Shown here piece after piece: positions 22,001 through 33,208 of a DNA stretch of 64,000 bases. Under the pieces are notes generated by a model. That model ran no database searches, was not told the origin of the DNA, and worked only from the letters and a program-made list of their open reading frames with translations. Positions within the stretch are counted from its first letter, which is position 1; every line of letters starts with the position of its first letter. The position numbers and the translations under genes are program-made. Origin of the DNA: Glutamicibacter sp. (GTDB lineage Bacteria; Actinomycetota; Actinomycetes; Actinomycetales; Micrococcaceae); the NCBI RefSeq assembly GCF_035257265.1, contig NZ_DATEXC010000058.1, positions 53,763-117,762 of the forward strand, given 5' to 3'.

Positions 22001-22892
22001 CCTTCAGGCGCTTCAGTGCACGAGCCTTCTTCTGGCCCTTGCCCTCGTCGATGATCTGCTTGAGCAGTTCAGCCTCGGCCGCAAGGTCGAAGTTCTGCAG
22101 GCGCTTCTGGATTGCCTCGGCACCCATGGAGCCTTCGAAGAACAGTCCGTACTTTTCACGCATGGTGCGGTACAGGCCTTCGTCGCCTTCGAGGTCAGCG
22201 ACCTTCAGCCCCTTGAAGCGTTCCCAGACGGCACGCAGACGTTCGGCTTCAGCCTTTGAACGCTTGTCGATCTGGAGCACGGTCTTCTCTGCCAGGGTGC
22301 GAGCCTTGTTCAGCTCGGCGCCCTTGGCACCGTCGGCTTCCATGCGCTCCAGCTCGGTTTCGAGCTCAGCGGCAATAGCCTTCTTGTCTGCTTCAGCGTT
22401 ATTAGCCAGGTTGCGCAGTTCCAGATCATGCTGGGCCTGCAGGTTAGGCAATTCGGCGTGGCGGCGGTCCTCGTTTACCGAGGTGATCATGTAAGCAGCG
22501 AAGTAAATGACCTTTTCAAGGTCCTTCGGAGCAAGATCCAATAGGTAGCCCAAGCGCGATGGAACGCCCTTGAAGTACCAGATGTGGGTCACTGGAGCTG
22601 CAAGCTCGATGTGTCCCATGCGCTCACGGCGAACGTTGGCGCGGGTCACCTCGACGCCACAACGCTCACAGATGATGCCCTTGAAGCGCACGCGCTTGTA
22701 CTTACCGCAGTAGCATTCCCAGTCGCGGGAAGGGCCGAAGATCTTTTCACAGAAAAGACCGTCCTTCTCCGGCTTCAGGGTGCGGTAGTTAATAGTTTCC
22801 GGCTTCTTGACCTCGCCGTAGCTCCAACCGCGGATTTCTTCTGCGGATGCAAGGCCAATGCGCATGAGGCCGAATGAGGAATCGTTGGACAT
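19002..22892 (-). CDS. rpoC: DNA-directed RNA polymerase subunit beta-prime
   Basis: 1296 aa ([16 protein letters not shown] motif present). The length is normal for Actinobacteria, with no intein-sized insertion. Confidence 0.99.
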   Translation of the reverse strand: MSNDSSFGLMRIGLASAEEIRGWSYGEVKKPETINYRTLKPEKDGLFCEKIFGPSRDWECYCGKYKRVRFKGIICERCGVEVTRANVRRERMGHIELAAPVTHIWYFKGVPSRLGYLLDLAPKDLEKVIYFAAYMITSVNEDRRHAELPNLQAQHDLELRNLANNAEADKKAIAAELETELERMEADGAKGAELNKARTLAEKTVLQIDKRSKAEAERLRAVWERFKGLKVADLEGDEGLYRTMREKYGLFFEGSMGAEAIQKRLQNFDLAAEAELLKQIIDEGKGQKKARALKRLKVVNAFLVNENSPEGMVLDAVPVIPPELRPMVQLDGGRFATSDLNDLYRRVINRNNRLKRLLDLGAPEIIVNNEKRMLQEAVDSLFDNGRRGRPVTGPGNRPLKSLSDMLKGKQGRFRQNLLGKRVDYSGRSVIVVGPQLKLHQCGLPKQMALELFKPFVMKRLVDLNHAQNIKSAKRMVERYRPQVWDVLEEIITEHPVLLNRAPTLHRLGIQAFEPQLVEGKALQLHPLVCAAFNADFDGDQMAVHLPLSPEAQAEARILMLSSHNILKPSDGRPVALPSQDMIIGLHHLTTKRANEAGAGRTFTSVAEAIMAMDLRELHLNAPIKIRVPNFVPSDEQPAPEGWEPGTEALLETSLGQVLFNDTLPADYPWVAQVAGKDALSEIVNDLAERYPKIAVAETLDNLKDSGFYWATRSGVTVAISDITSNMDKAAILAPYEVRAAKVQASFDKGLIADTERRQDLIDIWTKATDEVAEAMKNGMEELNTINRMVTSKARGNYLQLRQIAGIRGLVSNPKGEIIPRPIKSSYREGLSVLEYFIATHGARKGLADTALKTANSGYLTRRLVDVSQDVIVREEDCGTRRGLTVPIANNSVGVRMMHETVENSAYTRTLATDAKDAHGKVLAEAGSDVGDVLIDQLYAAGVDEIRVRSVLTCDSAVGTCALCYGRSLASGKTVDIGEAVGIIAAQSIGEPGTQLTMRTFHTGGVASADDITQGLPRIQELFEARTPKGVAPMSEVTGRVSIEDDEKQLRVVVTPDNGDEKQAYPVLRRSRLLVEEGENIIAGTQLTSGTLDPKQVLRVLGPREAQKFLVREVQDVYQSQGVGIHDKHVEVIVRQMLRRVTVIESGETELLPGELADRSRFTAANKKAVTEGKRPAAGRDEMMGITKASLATDSWLSAASFQETTRVLTQAAMEGKEDPLLGLKENVIIGKLIPAGTGLDRYTQINVEPTDEAKATLFTGSSAFSSGLYDDALEGNLSPEFQAISMDDYDHGSDFR

Positions 22893-23000
22893 AGGGTCCT
22901 TTTCTCTCTTCTTTGGTGTCTGAAGTCGATACGAATAAGTAAGTCTTGGTTTCCCGCTACGCTCGCTGGGCCAGCTGGCCTCCTGAGGCAGCGATCAAGC

Positions 23001-26000
23001 CTAGACCTCCTCTACGGAGTTTGGCTCCGACCGGGAAAGGTCGATGCCAAGCTCTTCCGCCGCACGGAACGATTCCTCGTCCGATTCGCGCATTTCGATC
23101 GTGTTGCCGTCGGTACCAAGTACCTCAACGTTCAAGCACAACGACTGCATTTCCTTGATGAGCACCTTGAACGACTCTGGAACGCCTGGTTCCGGAACGT
23201 TCTCGCCCTTGACGATGGCTTCGTAGACCTTTACACGTCCGTGGATATCATCTGACTTGATGGTCAGAAGTTCCTGCAGGGTGTAAGCGGCGCCGTAAGC
23301 TTCCAGCGCCCAAACTTCCATCTCACCGAAGCGCTGGCCACCGAACTGGGCCTTACCACCAAGTGGCTGCTGGGTAATCATGGAGTATGGACCGGTGGAA
23401 CGTGCGTGGATCTTGTCGTCCACCAAGTGGTGAAGCTTCAAGATGTACATGTAGCCAACGGAGACCGGGTCCGGGAAAGGCTCGCCGGAACGACCATCGA
23501 ACAAGCGGGTCTTACCGGTGTTACCGATCAGACGCTCGCCATCACGAGTGAGGTTCGTTGAATCCAGGATTCCGCGGATTTCCTCTTCCGAGGCACCATC
23601 GAAGACCGGGGTCGACACGGTGGTCGGTCCGGACTGGCGAGGCAGGTTAGGCAGATCCTTCACCCATGCTGGCTCGTTTTCGATGTTCCAGCCCTGCTTG
23701 GCAGCCCACGCGAGGTGGATTTCCATTACCTGGCCGACGTTCATACGGCCTGGCACACCCAGTGGGTTCAAGATGATATCCAATGGGGTTCCGTCTTCGA
23801 GGAACGGCATGTCCTCAAGTGGCAGAATCTTGGAAATAACACCCTTGTTACCGTGACGGCCGGCAAGCTTGTCACCATTGGTGATCTTGCGCTTCTGTGC
23901 CACGTACACGCGAACCAGCTGGTTGACACCAGGGGAAAGGTCGTCATCGTTGTCGCGATCGAAGATACGAACACCAATGACGGTGCCCGACTCGCCGTGC
24001 GGAACCTTCAGGGAAGTATCGCGGACTTCGCGGGACTTCTCACCGAAGATGGCGCGCAGCAGACGCTCTTCTGGGGTCAGCTCGGTTTCACCCTTAGGAG
24101 TGACACGGCCTACCAGCACGTCGCCGGCTTCAACTTCAGCACCGATGTAAACGATGCCGCGGTCATCAAGCTGGGACAGGATGTCCTCGGAGACGTTCGG
24201 GATGTCGCGAGTGATTTCCTCGGCACCAAGCTTGGTGTCGCGGGCATCAACTTCGTGCTCTTCGATGTGAATCGAGGTCAGCACGTCTTCGAAGATCATG
24301 CGCTGCGAAAGAATGATCGCATCCTCGAAGTTGTGGCCTTCCCATGACATGAATGCCACGAGCAGGTTCTTACCCAAGGCAAGCTCGCCCTTGTCGGTCG
24401 AAGGACCATCGGCGATGATCGACTGGAATTCCAGACGGTCACCTTCGTTTACCAATACGCGCTGGTTGTACGCGTTGCCCTGGTTCGAGCGGGAGAACTT
24501 CATGATGGGGTACATCGACTCGGTGCCGTCATCATTCATGACAACAACCAGGTCTGCGGAAACCTCGGTGACAACACCTGGCTTCAGTGCAACGATGGAA
24601 TCGCCGGCGTCAACCGCGGCGAACTTCTCCATGCCGGTACCAACCAGTGGCGACTCCGAAGCCAGCAGCGGCACAGCCTGGCGCTGCATGTTGGCGCCCA
24701 TCAGTGCGCGGTTGGCATCGTCGTGCTCGAGGAATGGAATCAGTGCGGTTGCAACGGAAACCATCTGGCGAGGCGAAACGTCCATGTAGGTCACTTCGGA
24801 AGGCTCAACGATAACGGGCTCGCCGCCACCGCCCTTTTCACGGACTAGTACGGTCTCTTCGAGGAAGCGGCCGTCTTCTGCCAATGGAGCGTTAGCCTGT
24901 GCGATGAAGTGCTGAAGCTCGTCATCTGCGGTCAGGTAGTCAACCTCGTTGGAAACAACGTTGTCCTTGACCCGGCGGTAAGGAGTTTCGATGAAGCCGA
25001 AGGAGTTGATCCGTCCGTAGGTAGCCAACGAACCGATCAGACCAATGTTCGGACCTTCGGGAGTTTCAATTGGGCACATACGTCCGTAGTGGGACGGGTG
25101 AACGTCTCGAACTTCCATGCCTGCGCGGTCACGGGACAGACCACCTGGGCCCAGGGCCGACAAGCGACGCTTGTGGGTCAGGCCGGCCAGCGGGTTGTTC
25201 TGGTCCATGAACTGCGAGAGCTGCGAAGTACCGAAGAACTCCTTGATTGCAGCTACCACAGGGCGGATGTTGATCAGCGTCTGCGGGGTGATCGCTTCCA
25301 CGTCCTGGGTGGTCATGCGCTCACGCACAACACGCTCCATACGGGAAAGACCGGTGCGGATCTGGTTCTCGATCAGCTCGCCCACGGCGCGGATACGACG
25401 GTTGCCGAAGTGGTCGATGTCATCTACGTTGACCGGTACGTCGACAATCTCGCCCTTGCGGGTACCGGAGATGGTCTTCTCGCCTGCGTGCAACGCGACG
25501 AGGTAACGGATCATTGCAATGATGTCGTCCTGGGACAGAACCGATGGGCTCTCGGCGTCAACCGGAACCTCTACACCAAGCTTGCGGTTGATCTTGTAAC
25601 GACCAACCTTTGCCAGGTCGTAGCGCTTTGGCTCGAAGTACATGTTGCGCAGCAGACCCTGTGCAGCGTCCACCGTTGGTGGCTCGCCCGGGCGAAGCTT
25701 GCGGTAGATGTCGAGCAAGGCTTCGTTCTGATCCTTGACGTTATCCTTCTCCAAGGTGGCACGAATTGAATCGTACTGGCCGAATTCGGAGAGGATCTTT
25801 TCTTCGCTCCAGCCAAAGGCCTTGAGCAACACGGTGACCGACTGCTTACGCTTACGGTCCAAACGCACACCAACCTGGTCGCGCTTGTCGATTTCGAGTT
25901 CGAACCATGCACCACGCGAAGGAATGATGCGCGAGGAGTAGATGGTCTTATCACTGGTCTTGTCAGGCGTGGACTCGAAGTACGCACCTGGGGAACGGAC

Positions 26001-26522
26001 CAGCTGCGACACAACAACACGCTCGGTGCCGTTGATGACGAAGGTGCCCTTGTCAGACATCAGTGGGAAATCGCCCATGAATACGGTCTGCTGCTTGATT
26101 TCGCCGGTTTCATTGTTCATGAATTCGGCCTTGACGTACAGCGGTGCCGAGTAAGTGGCGTCGCGATCCTTGCACTCTGCGATCGAGTACTTAGGATCAG
26201 CGAATTCCGGATCGGAGAAGCTCAAGGACATGGTGTCCTGGAAGTCTTCAATCGGGGAGATTTCCTCGAAGATTTCAGCCAGACCCGAGACATTCGGCAC
26301 GCTGGTGTCACCAGCGGCCTCGGCCTTGGCTAGGCGGGCCTTCCACAGGTCATTACCGATGAGGCGGTCAAAGCTCTCAGTCTGCAATGCCAAAAGGTTA
26401 GGCACTTCAAGGGGTTCGTTAATCTTTGCAAAAGAAAGTCGGCCAGCGTATGCAGCATCGCGAGCCGAACTAGCGGTTTGGTTGTTAGGGTTGCTCGAGG
26501 CGACCAAGATGGATCCTTCCAA
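23001..26522 (-). CDS. rpoB: DNA-directed RNA polymerase subunit beta
   Basis: 1173 aa. The exact start is uncertain within the first ~10 codons. Confidence 0.98.
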   Translation of the reverse strand: MEGSILVASSNPNNQTASSARDAAYAGRLSFAKINEPLEVPNLLALQTESFDRLIGNDLWKARLAKAEAAGDTSVPNVSGLAEIFEEISPIEDFQDTMSLSFSDPEFADPKYSIAECKDRDATYSAPLYVKAEFMNNETGEIKQQTVFMGDFPLMSDKGTFVINGTERVVVSQLVRSPGAYFESTPDKTSDKTIYSSRIIPSRGAWFELEIDKRDQVGVRLDRKRKQSVTVLLKAFGWSEEKILSEFGQYDSIRATLEKDNVKDQNEALLDIYRKLRPGEPPTVDAAQGLLRNMYFEPKRYDLAKVGRYKINRKLGVEVPVDAESPSVLSQDDIIAMIRYLVALHAGEKTISGTRKGEIVDVPVNVDDIDHFGNRRIRAVGELIENQIRTGLSRMERVVRERMTTQDVEAITPQTLINIRPVVAAIKEFFGTSQLSQFMDQNNPLAGLTHKRRLSALGPGGLSRDRAGMEVRDVHPSHYGRMCPIETPEGPNIGLIGSLATYGRINSFGFIETPYRRVKDNVVSNEVDYLTADDELQHFIAQANAPLAEDGRFLEETVLVREKGGGGEPVIVEPSEVTYMDVSPRQMVSVATALIPFLEHDDANRALMGANMQRQAVPLLASESPLVGTGMEKFAAVDAGDSIVALKPGVVTEVSADLVVVMNDDGTESMYPIMKFSRSNQGNAYNQRVLVNEGDRLEFQSIIADGPSTDKGELALGKNLLVAFMSWEGHNFEDAIILSQRMIFEDVLTSIHIEEHEVDARDTKLGAEEITRDIPNVSEDILSQLDDRGIVYIGAEVEAGDVLVGRVTPKGETELTPEERLLRAIFGEKSREVRDTSLKVPHGESGTVIGVRIFDRDNDDDLSPGVNQLVRVYVAQKRKITNGDKLAGRHGNKGVISKILPLEDMPFLEDGTPLDIILNPLGVPGRMNVGQVMEIHLAWAAKQGWNIENEPAWVKDLPNLPRQSGPTTVSTPVFDGASEEEIRGILDSTNLTRDGERLIGNTGKTRLFDGRSGEPFPDPVSVGYMYILKLHHLVDDKIHARSTGPYSMITQQPLGGKAQFGGQRFGEMEVWALEAYGAAYTLQELLTIKSDDIHGRVKVYEAIVKGENVPEPGVPESFKVLIKEMQSLCLNVEVLGTDGNTIEMRESDEESFRAAEELGIDLSRSEPNSVEEV

Positions 26523-26647
26523 AGACCGTCAGGTTTCCGAACGCCAACCGTGCTAAGGTGCCTGTCATAGGACAAGCCCTCGTGTGACGACGCGAACCCA
26601 CCGCTATATGAAGGCCACGCGCGCAAACAGGGATGGCGCAAATTTCT

Positions 26648-26676
26648 ACTCTACCGGAGTATTTTAAGCTTGTCGA
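26648..26676 (-). promoter_or_regulatory. Candidate sigma-A-type promoter for rpoBC (TCGACA-17 nt-TAGAGT)
   Basis: Hexamers read on the minus strand: -35 at 26676..26671 and -10 at 26653..26648. This would give a ~120-nt leader. It is a pattern match only. Confidence 0.3.
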
Positions 26677-27410
26677 TATCCGCGAGAGAAATTCATGCTA
26701 TAGTTTCTTGCTACTTTTCGAAGCGTCCGGATTTCAGGCACATTTCTGCCATTCACGGTTGTCACCGGCGATACCCAGATTCCCTTTCAAGCGAAAATTC
26801 CGCTCACATTTACCCATGTGAGAGATCAAAAGCAGAGTCTTGGGCGAATATCTGCGGCCCACCTTCACTCCCCTACCGTGAAATAAGAATTCTCGCGCCA
26901 TATCGCCAGTGTGCAGTTACTCACAACGGCAATAATTCATCAACTTTGCCCATCACGACGTACCGGGTCAGCTGACGCACCGTAATTTTCTCGGAATCTT
27001 TTTTGGTCTCCGATTCCATTCAACTGCGGCTTCGCAAGGAGCCATCAATAGCTCCTCCAAGCCCGGCGGGATTCCTCCTGCCCCAGTTCCCCTACAGGGA
27101 TCAGCATTCGCGGGCGCGCGCACTTTTTGAATTCTTTTTCATTCACCAGGCTCCTGCGCACGGCCCATGGTCTCAGAGATTGTGGACGCACAGCTAAGCC
27201 ATAAGACATAAAGGTCGACTTATGAATGCCTGACTATGTGTCCTAGATCTCCAAAAGATCACGATTATGAGCTAGCCTCGGGGGAAGGCTAAACCCAAGT
27301 GGCAGGAGCATCCGTGGAATATGGACTCTTATTTCCCGCTTGACCCTGCCCGGGTAGTAAGCCTTGAGCCGGTACAAAAAATAGCAGTCAAAAGCTAGGA
27401 GTGAAGAAGC

Positions 27411-27908
27411 ATGAATCAGTCAAAGGTTAACGAAGCACTCACCCGAGTCAGCCTCGACGCTTCACGTCGGGATATACCTATTGAAATTGTTCCGCGCGAG
27501 CCAGCCACCTCGCTAGAGCACGCAGCAGAACTGCTCGATGTGATTCCAGCGCATTTGCTGAAGACACTGGTCATTAAGCGATCCGATGACACTTACCTAT
27601 TTGCTTTGGTACCAGGTGGACGGAAATTGAGCTGGCCGAAACTACGCGAAGCAGTAGGTGTTAACAAGCTGTCTCTGCCAGACGCAGATATTGCCTACGA
27701 CGTCACCCGCTACGTACGTGGAACGATTACTCCGTTCGGTTCTCATTCGGTGCTTCCGGTATATATCGATGCCAGCGTTTTCACCGAACCCATCCCCGAG
27801 GCTGTCGCTCTAGGATGCGGTGAACCCGAACATGGGCTTCTGGTCGCTCCCCAGGACCTGGCTAACGGATTTGATGCCACGATTGCCGATATTTCGATTT
27901 CCGAGTAG
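27411..27908 (+). CDS. YbaK/EbsC-family aminoacyl-tRNA deacylase domain protein
   Basis: 165 aa (KTLVIKRSDDTYLFALVPGGRKLSWPKL ... GTITPFG). Confidence 0.75.
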   Translation: MNQSKVNEALTRVSLDASRRDIPIEIVPREPATSLEHAAELLDVIPAHLLKTLVIKRSDDTYLFALVPGGRKLSWPKLREAVGVNKLSLPDADIAYDVTRYVRGTITPFGSHSVLPVYIDASVFTEPIPEAVALGCGEPEHGLLVAPQDLANGFDATIADISISE

Positions 27909-29037
27909 CTGAGCCGAAACCTGAAAGCGGGATTCTTTTAGCCCAGGTATTCAATGCGGTCAGGGACTTGATGGATTCATTGCGTAGCCATAGCCCCACT
28001 GGTTTCTCAATAAAGCGAGCCACCAGGTAGGCCACGAGAAGCATGATGGCGAAGGTCAAAGCAAGCAATACGTATTTGTTCATGCTGTCGCTCAGGCTAT
28101 GGATGATCCACCATCCCCAGATTTGGTGGAAGAGGTACAGCGGGTAGGTCAGCGAGCCTGCTACGACCAGCCACCGTGCCTGAATATTTTTCAATGGGGT
28201 CAACGTACATACTGCCAACAAGGCCACGCAGAACACTGCCAGCAGCGAGAAGTGCCAGGCGGGAACGGTCAATCCCGAGAGGTAGTCGTTATCGAAGCTG
28301 CCCTTCAATCCGGTGAAGTAGGCGGAGACCATGGTGTTGAACGCGACCATCGCCCAACGCCCAACAGTGTGCCCATTCTGATAAATCAAAAACAGCACCA
28401 TACCGGCGGCGAACTGTGCCGCGTATTGACCTGCAATCCACTCTTGAGCTTTGTCCATGCCGGTGACGTGCAGGGCGATTCCGAGAGCCGGCCAGATAAA
28501 CGACAGCCACATAATGTTTTTGATTTTAACTAGTCCGGCAACCAACAGCAGTGCAAGCAACACGTAGAAGCGGAACTCCACCCACAGGGTCCAGTACACG
28601 CCGTCGAGATCGCGCACTCCCATGCCCTGTTGGACCATGGTGAGGTTTGGGACGATATCCTCGCGGCTTCGTCCGTCTTGCGCGTCAGGCCAAATTTTGA
28701 AGGTGAGAACTGCCGCTGCAATCACCGCAAGCCAGTAAGCCGGATATAACCGGCCCAAGCGTGAGCCAATGAAGTGGATCAGGTTCTTGCCCTGGACGGA
28801 CATCAAGATTACGAAGCCAGAGAGCAGGAAGAAGAGCTGCACACCAATCAAGCCGTAGCGGCTGAACTGCGAAAGAACCGGCCAAGCTTCTGGAGCTTTA
28901 AGTCCCCAGTGGCTGTGTCCCCACGCGGTGTAGTGGTAGAGAACCACAATTAAGGCAGCGCTGATTCGCAGGCCGTCTAGTAAACCTAGCCGTGCGCCTG
29001 TCTTCTTCGTTTCCTGAGTTTGAGTTGTTGACACCAT
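27862..29037 (-). CDS. Acyltransferase family 3 (OafA-like) integral membrane protein
   Basis: 391 aa with about 10 TM segments and an N-terminal LDGLRISAALIVVLYHY signature. Its 3' end overlaps the convergent ybaK-like gene by 47 nt. Confidence 0.8.
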   Translation of the reverse strand: MVSTTQTQETKKTGARLGLLDGLRISAALIVVLYHYTAWGHSHWGLKAPEAWPVLSQFSRYGLIGVQLFFLLSGFVILMSVQGKNLIHFIGSRLGRLYPAYWLAVIAAAVLTFKIWPDAQDGRSREDIVPNLTMVQQGMGVRDLDGVYWTLWVEFRFYVLLALLLVAGLVKIKNIMWLSFIWPALGIALHVTGMDKAQEWIAGQYAAQFAAGMVLFLIYQNGHTVGRWAMVAFNTMVSAYFTGLKGSFDNDYLSGLTVPAWHFSLLAVFCVALLAVCTLTPLKNIQARWLVVAGSLTYPLYLFHQIWGWWIIHSLSDSMNKYVLLALTFAIMLLVAYLVARFIEKPVGLWLRNESIKSLTALNTWAKRIPLSGFGSATRKSKYRQSWHQIR

Positions 29038-29118
29038 TTCACTGTAAACAATGAACTTGAATAAACCCTGTTAATAGAAACGTTATAAAACATTAGACAC
29101 ATTATTTGACTTTAACGA

Positions 29119-29157
29119 CCAAAGGGCCCACGGACCCGAAGTCCATGAACCCTTTGG
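29119..29157 (-). terminator. Possible terminator after rplL (imperfect hairpin, weak T-tract)
   Basis: CCAAAGGG...CCCTTTGG arms with an inner GGTCCG/GGACC pairing. Confidence 0.4.
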
Positions 29158-29183
29158 CAATAAGTTGCGAGTGACCGCGATAC

Positions 29184-29558
29184 TTACTTTACGGTTACAG
29201 TTGCGCCGGCAGCTTCGAGAGCTTCCTTTGCCTTTTCTGCAGCTTCCTTGGTTGCGCCCTCAAGGACGGCCTTTGGAGCCGAATCAACGACCTCCTTGGC
29301 TTCCTTCAGGCCGAGGGAAGTCAATGCACGAACTTCCTTGATAACTGCGATCTTCTTGTCGCCAGCCGACTCAAGAACGACATCGAATTCGGTCTGCTCT
29401 TCTTCAGCTGCGGCTGCGCCGCCTGCTGGGCCTGCAACGGCAACTGCAGCTGCAGTTACGTCGAAGGTCTCTTCGAATTCCTTCACGAACTCCGAGAGCT
29501 CGATGATGGTCATTTCCTTGAATGCTGAAAGCAGCTCTTCAGTGCTGAGCTTCGCCAT
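29184..29558 (-). CDS. rplL: 50S ribosomal protein L7/L12
   Basis: 124 aa ([30 protein letters not shown]...). Confidence 0.98.
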   Translation of the reverse strand: MAKLSTEELLSAFKEMTIIELSEFVKEFEETFDVTAAAVAVAGPAGGAAAAEEEQTEFDVVLESAGDKKIAVIKEVRALTSLGLKEAKEVVDSAPKAVLEGATKEAAEKAKEALEAAGATVTVK

Positions 29559-29629
29559 GGTCGGCGTCCTTTCGGTTTTGGCCCTGAGGCCTATGAATTG
29601 GGGTTACGATGCGAAAGAGTCGCGAAAGC

Positions 29630-30154
29630 TTAGGCTTCTGCCGGAGCTTCCTCGGCAGCTGCGCCACCGTTCTCTTCTTCTAGCTTCAGACGCAATGCGT
29701 CCACGATGCGCACAGCAGCGGAGGCCGGAGCCTGCAGTACTGCAGCAACGCGAGCGAGCTGAGTTTCGCGGGATTCCAGGGCTGCCAGAGCGGCGATGCC
29801 GGCCTGATCAAGGGCCTTGCCCTCGAAGAAGCCAGTCTTGACGACAAGCTTCTCATTAGCCTTTGCGAACTCCGTGAGGCTCTTTGCGGCAGCAACTGCG
29901 TCACCCTTAATGAAGGCGATTGCAGTCGGACCGGAAAGCTGACCATCGAATGCATCGATGCCAACTTCCTTCGCTGCGATAGCGGTCAAGGTGTTCTTCA
30001 CAACTGCGTACTTGGTATCCTGACCAAGTGCGCGGCGAAGTTCCTTGAGCTGTGCAACGGTAAGCCCACGGTATTCGGTCAAGACAGCCGCAGTTGATTC
30101 CTTGAAGTCTGCAGCGATTGCTTCAATCGCTACAGTCTTGGTAGGCGTTGCCAT
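29630..30154 (-). CDS. rplJ: 50S ribosomal protein L10
   Basis: 174 aa, immediately upstream of rplL. Confidence 0.96.
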   Translation of the reverse strand: MATPTKTVAIEAIAADFKESTAAVLTEYRGLTVAQLKELRRALGQDTKYAVVKNTLTAIAAKEVGIDAFDGQLSGPTAIAFIKGDAVAAAKSLTEFAKANEKLVVKTGFFEGKALDQAGIAALAALESRETQLARVAAVLQAPASAAVRIVDALRLKLEEENGGAAAEEAPAEA

Positions 30155-30204
30155 AACACTCCTTCCGGGGATTTGTTCGGTACCGTTTCATAACCGGCGA
30201 GGCC

Positions 30205-30236
30205 AATAAAAAAGGCCCCGCGCAGGAGCACAGGGC
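30205..30236 (-). terminator. Strand-specific terminator-like hairpin inside the rplJ leader (candidate attenuator)
   Basis: Minus-strand RNA reads GCCCUGUGC-UCCU-GCGCGGGGC (9 bp, two G-U pairs) followed by CUUUUUUAUU. It lies about 50-80 nt upstream of the rplJ ATG. Confidence 0.45.
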
Positions 30237-30818
30237 ATTTCAACTAATTCAAGTTAAAACAAATCTATGAAACCTGCGTTGGCCGCTCTTGCGAGCTCTT
30301 CGGGACTTATGCATGCATATGTCCGGCCGACGGTCTTCGGTATCTCTAGTCTAAACGGGGATTGTGGCATCTTCCAAATCGGTAGACGCCTTGGCCCCAT
30401 GATTCGACTCACTTAATGGTCGTTAAAAGACAAGGCCTGAAGCCAGCACTTGGGGGACGCTGACAACAGGCTACTTGTCGATACAAAAGTTTTGGGGAAA
30501 CTTTCATATCCAGGTCCTACATGGTCTTGGGGGGCCCATGTAGAAGCTGCCGAACAAGTCGGTGCTTTAACCTTATCACCACTTATTAAAGTAAAGGAAC
30601 ACATCTCAGGTAGATCACGGACAAAACTCAGGCAATTCGCATCTATACCTGCTTCTGCCAAGTCTCTGCTGCTTTGCCTCTAGTCATGGCGGGATCCCCC
30701 GGCTGCCAAAAAACTGTGGTGCGGCAAAACACAGCACCATGGGACGGTACTCACCTGGGCTTTACAGCACCAAAGCTACGCTGAGCTGCCGCGGTTTTAC
30801 TCAGGTTCATGGAATAGC

Positions 30819-30863
30819 AAAAACCGCGGGGTAGATCAGATTTCTCTGATCTACCCCGCGGTT
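30819..30863 (-). terminator. Rho-independent terminator after rplA
   Basis: 17-bp stem CCGCGGGGTAGATCAGA / TCTGATCTACCCCGCGG with a TTTC loop; TTTTT follows on the minus strand. Confidence 0.85.
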
Positions 30864-30880
30864 CTAATACTCGTTAAGGC

Positions 30881-31582
30881 TTAGGCCTCCACGCGAGTTA
30901 CGTTCGAGTCAACAGGGATGCCTGGACCGAAGGTAGTCGAGATGGTTGCCTTCGAGATGTAGCGGCCCTTGGAAGAAGAAGGCTTCAAACGAAGTACTTC
31001 TTCCAGTGCTGCTGCGTAGTTCTCGTTCAGCTGCTTGGCTTCGAAGGAAGCCTTGCCGATGATGAAGTGAAGGTTGGCGTGCTTGTCGACGCGGAAGTCG
31101 ATCTTGCCACCCTTGATGTCGGTAACAGCCTTGGCCACATCCATGGTCACGGTGCCGGTCTTAGGGTTTGGCATCAGGTTACGAGGACCCAAGATCTTAC
31201 CCAAGCGGCCAACCTTACCCATGAGGTCTGGGGTTGCTACGGCCGAGTCGAAGTCGGTCCAGCCGCCCTGGATCTTTTCGATCAGGTCGTCCGAGCCTAC
31301 GAAGTCAGCGCCGGCTGCGCGGGCTGCTTCTGCCTTGTCGCCGTTGGCGAAGACAACCACGCGGGCGGTCTTACCGGTGCCGTGTGGAAGGTTCACGGTA
31401 CCGCGAACCATCTGGTCTGCCTTGCGTGGGTCAACACTCAAGCGGAATGCAACCTCAACGGTCGAGTTGGTCTTCTCGCCTGCGATGTCCTTTGCCAAGG
31501 CAATTGCCTCGGTTGGCTCGTAGAACTTGTCAGCCACGATCTTAGCCGCGGCGGCTACGTATGCTTTGCTGCGCTTTGCCAT
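30881..31582 (-). CDS. rplA: 50S ribosomal protein L1
   Basis: 233 aa ([14 protein letters not shown]...). Confidence 0.97.
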   Translation of the reverse strand: MAKRSKAYVAAAAKIVADKFYEPTEAIALAKDIAGEKTNSTVEVAFRLSVDPRKADQMVRGTVNLPHGTGKTARVVVFANGDKAEAARAAGADFVGSDDLIEKIQGGWTDFDSAVATPDLMGKVGRLGKILGPRNLMPNPKTGTVTMDVAKAVTDIKGGKIDFRVDKHANLHFIIGKASFEAKQLNENYAAALEEVLRLKPSSSKGRYISKATISTTFGPGIPVDSNVTRVEA

Positions 31583-31718
31583 CTGCGTTATCTCCTTATG
31601 CAGTCGTGGTCATATGGACCGCGCCCGGTCCTGCCACGGGCAAGCGGGGGGTTCCCTGCTCGCCTTGATAATAAATTCTTTGGTGTAGTCACCGAGGTGA
31701 ACTACGAAAAGCTAAAAA

Positions 31719-32150
31719 TTAGCCTTCGACAGTGATGCCCATGGAGCGGGCGGTACCGGCGATGATCAACGAGGCGGCAGCCAAGTCGTTAGCGTTGAGG
31801 TCAGCCATCTTGGTGTTGGCGATCTCTTCAACCTGTGCCTGGGTCAGCTTTGCAACCTTGTCGGTGTGCGGGGTAGCCGAACCCTTAGCAACGCCAGCAG
31901 CCTTCTTGATCAGCTCTGCAGCTGGAGGAGTCTTGGTGATGAAGGTGAATGAACGGTCTTCGTACACGGTGATTTCAACTGGTACAACGTTACCGCGCTG
32001 CGACTCAGTCGCTGCGTTGTAAGCCTTGCAGAATTCCATGATGTTGACACCGTGCTGGCCAAGTGCTGGACCAATTGGAGGAGCCGGGTTAGCAGCGCCT
32101 GCATTGATCTGCAGCTTGATGAGTCCAGTGACCTTTTTCTTTGGGGCCAT
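31719..32150 (-). CDS. rplK: 50S ribosomal protein L11
   Basis: 143 aa ([34 protein letters not shown]). Confidence 0.98.
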
Positions 32151-32278
32151 GTCGGGTCCTTATGCTCTTGCAGTTCCCATAACACAGGAGCGTGTCACGG
32201 GTTGTGGCTGTCGTGGCGCGACAGCCGAACGTACCCTCACCCCGTAAAGCAAACGGAATGGGGCACGAAGACTTAATA

Positions 32279-33136
32279 CTACTGGATCTTGGTGACCTGA
32301 TTGAAGTTCAAGGTCACTGGGGTCTCGCGCTCGAAGATCGAAACGAGGACAACCAGCTGAGCAGATTCCAGCTTGATTTCGGAAATCGTCGCCGGCATGG
32401 TCTCGAATGGACCGTCGTTGACGGTAACCGCTTCCCCGACCTCAAAATCGACGGTGACTTCGGTGATTGGCGAACGACCTGGCTTGGAAGCCGATGGCTG
32501 TTCGATCGGATCAACCACGGTGTGCTCCAGCATGGAGAACACTTCGTCAAGGTTCAAAGGGTTCGGATCGTGAGCGTTTCCAACGAAGCCGGTGACGCCT
32601 GGAGTGTGTCGAACTACACCCCACGAAGCGTCGGTAAGTTCCATACGAACCAGGACGTAGCCCGGAATACGTACACGACGAACGATTTTTCGCTGAGTAT
32701 TCTTGATCTCAACGACTTCTTCCATCGGAACCTGGATCTCATAGATGAAATCATCCATGTCCTGGGTCTGAATACGGGTCTCGAGGTTCAGCTTGACGCG
32801 GTTTTCGTAACCTGCGTAAGTGTGAATAACGAACCAGTCGCCTGGCTGACGGCGCAGCTTCGAACGGAATTCTTCCTTGAGCTTTGCGACTACGTCTTCT
32901 TCAGACTCTGCTTCTTCTTCATCGCCTTCTACTTCGTCTTCTGCAGACTCGGTTTCAGCTTCAACAGATTCGTCTTCAACAACTTCGGTCTGAACTTCTT
33001 CTTCAGCAACAACGGCTGGAGCTTCGGTCTCGTCTGTTGCAACGTCAGCGGAGGTTTCTACCTGCTCGCTTTCAGTTTCAACGAACTCGTTTTCGACCTC
33101 GTCATTAATCTGCGGTTCGAGTTCCTTGTCGGACAC
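32279..33136 (-). CDS. nusG: Transcription termination/antitermination factor NusG with a ~98-aa acidic N-terminal extension
   Basis: 285 aa. The NGN domain starts near [14 protein letters not shown], with a KOW region at the C-terminus. The N-terminus is Glu/Asp/Val-rich. Confidence 0.96.
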   Translation of the reverse strand: MSDKELEPQINDEVENEFVETESEQVETSADVATDETEAPAVVAEEEVQTEVVEDESVEAETESAEDEVEGDEEEAESEEDVVAKLKEEFRSKLRRQPGDWFVIHTYAGYENRVKLNLETRIQTQDMDDFIYEIQVPMEEVVEIKNTQRKIVRRVRIPGYVLVRMELTDASWGVVRHTPGVTGFVGNAHDPNPLNLDEVFSMLEHTVVDPIEQPSASKPGRSPITEVTVDFEVGEAVTVNDGPFETMPATISEIKLESAQLVVLVSIFERETPVTLNFNQVTKIQ

Positions 33137-33208
33137 TGCAGCTCCTGCTTTCTTTGACTGAATGACATCTAACTACTTGCCGGCGATTATACCGCCGTGG
33201 CAAATAAT

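Noticed and set aside
19002-26522. Inteins or large lineage-specific insertions in rpoB/rpoC
   Set aside because: The protein lengths (1173 and 1296 aa) and continuous conserved motifs are normal for Actinobacteria. No Cys/Ser...HN intein boundaries were noticed.
26633-27197. Three ORFs (62, 101 and 64 aa) in the rpoB upstream spacer
   Set aside because: They have no Shine-Dalgarno sequences and an unusual Cys/His/Ser/Arg-rich composition, and they overlap one another. I treat the region as non-coding and report it as a finding instead.
30413-30683. Mutually antisense 82-aa and 77-aa ORFs in the rplA-rplJ spacer
   Set aside because: Neither has a convincing start context or protein-like composition, and they cannot both be real. 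There is not enough evidence to call either.
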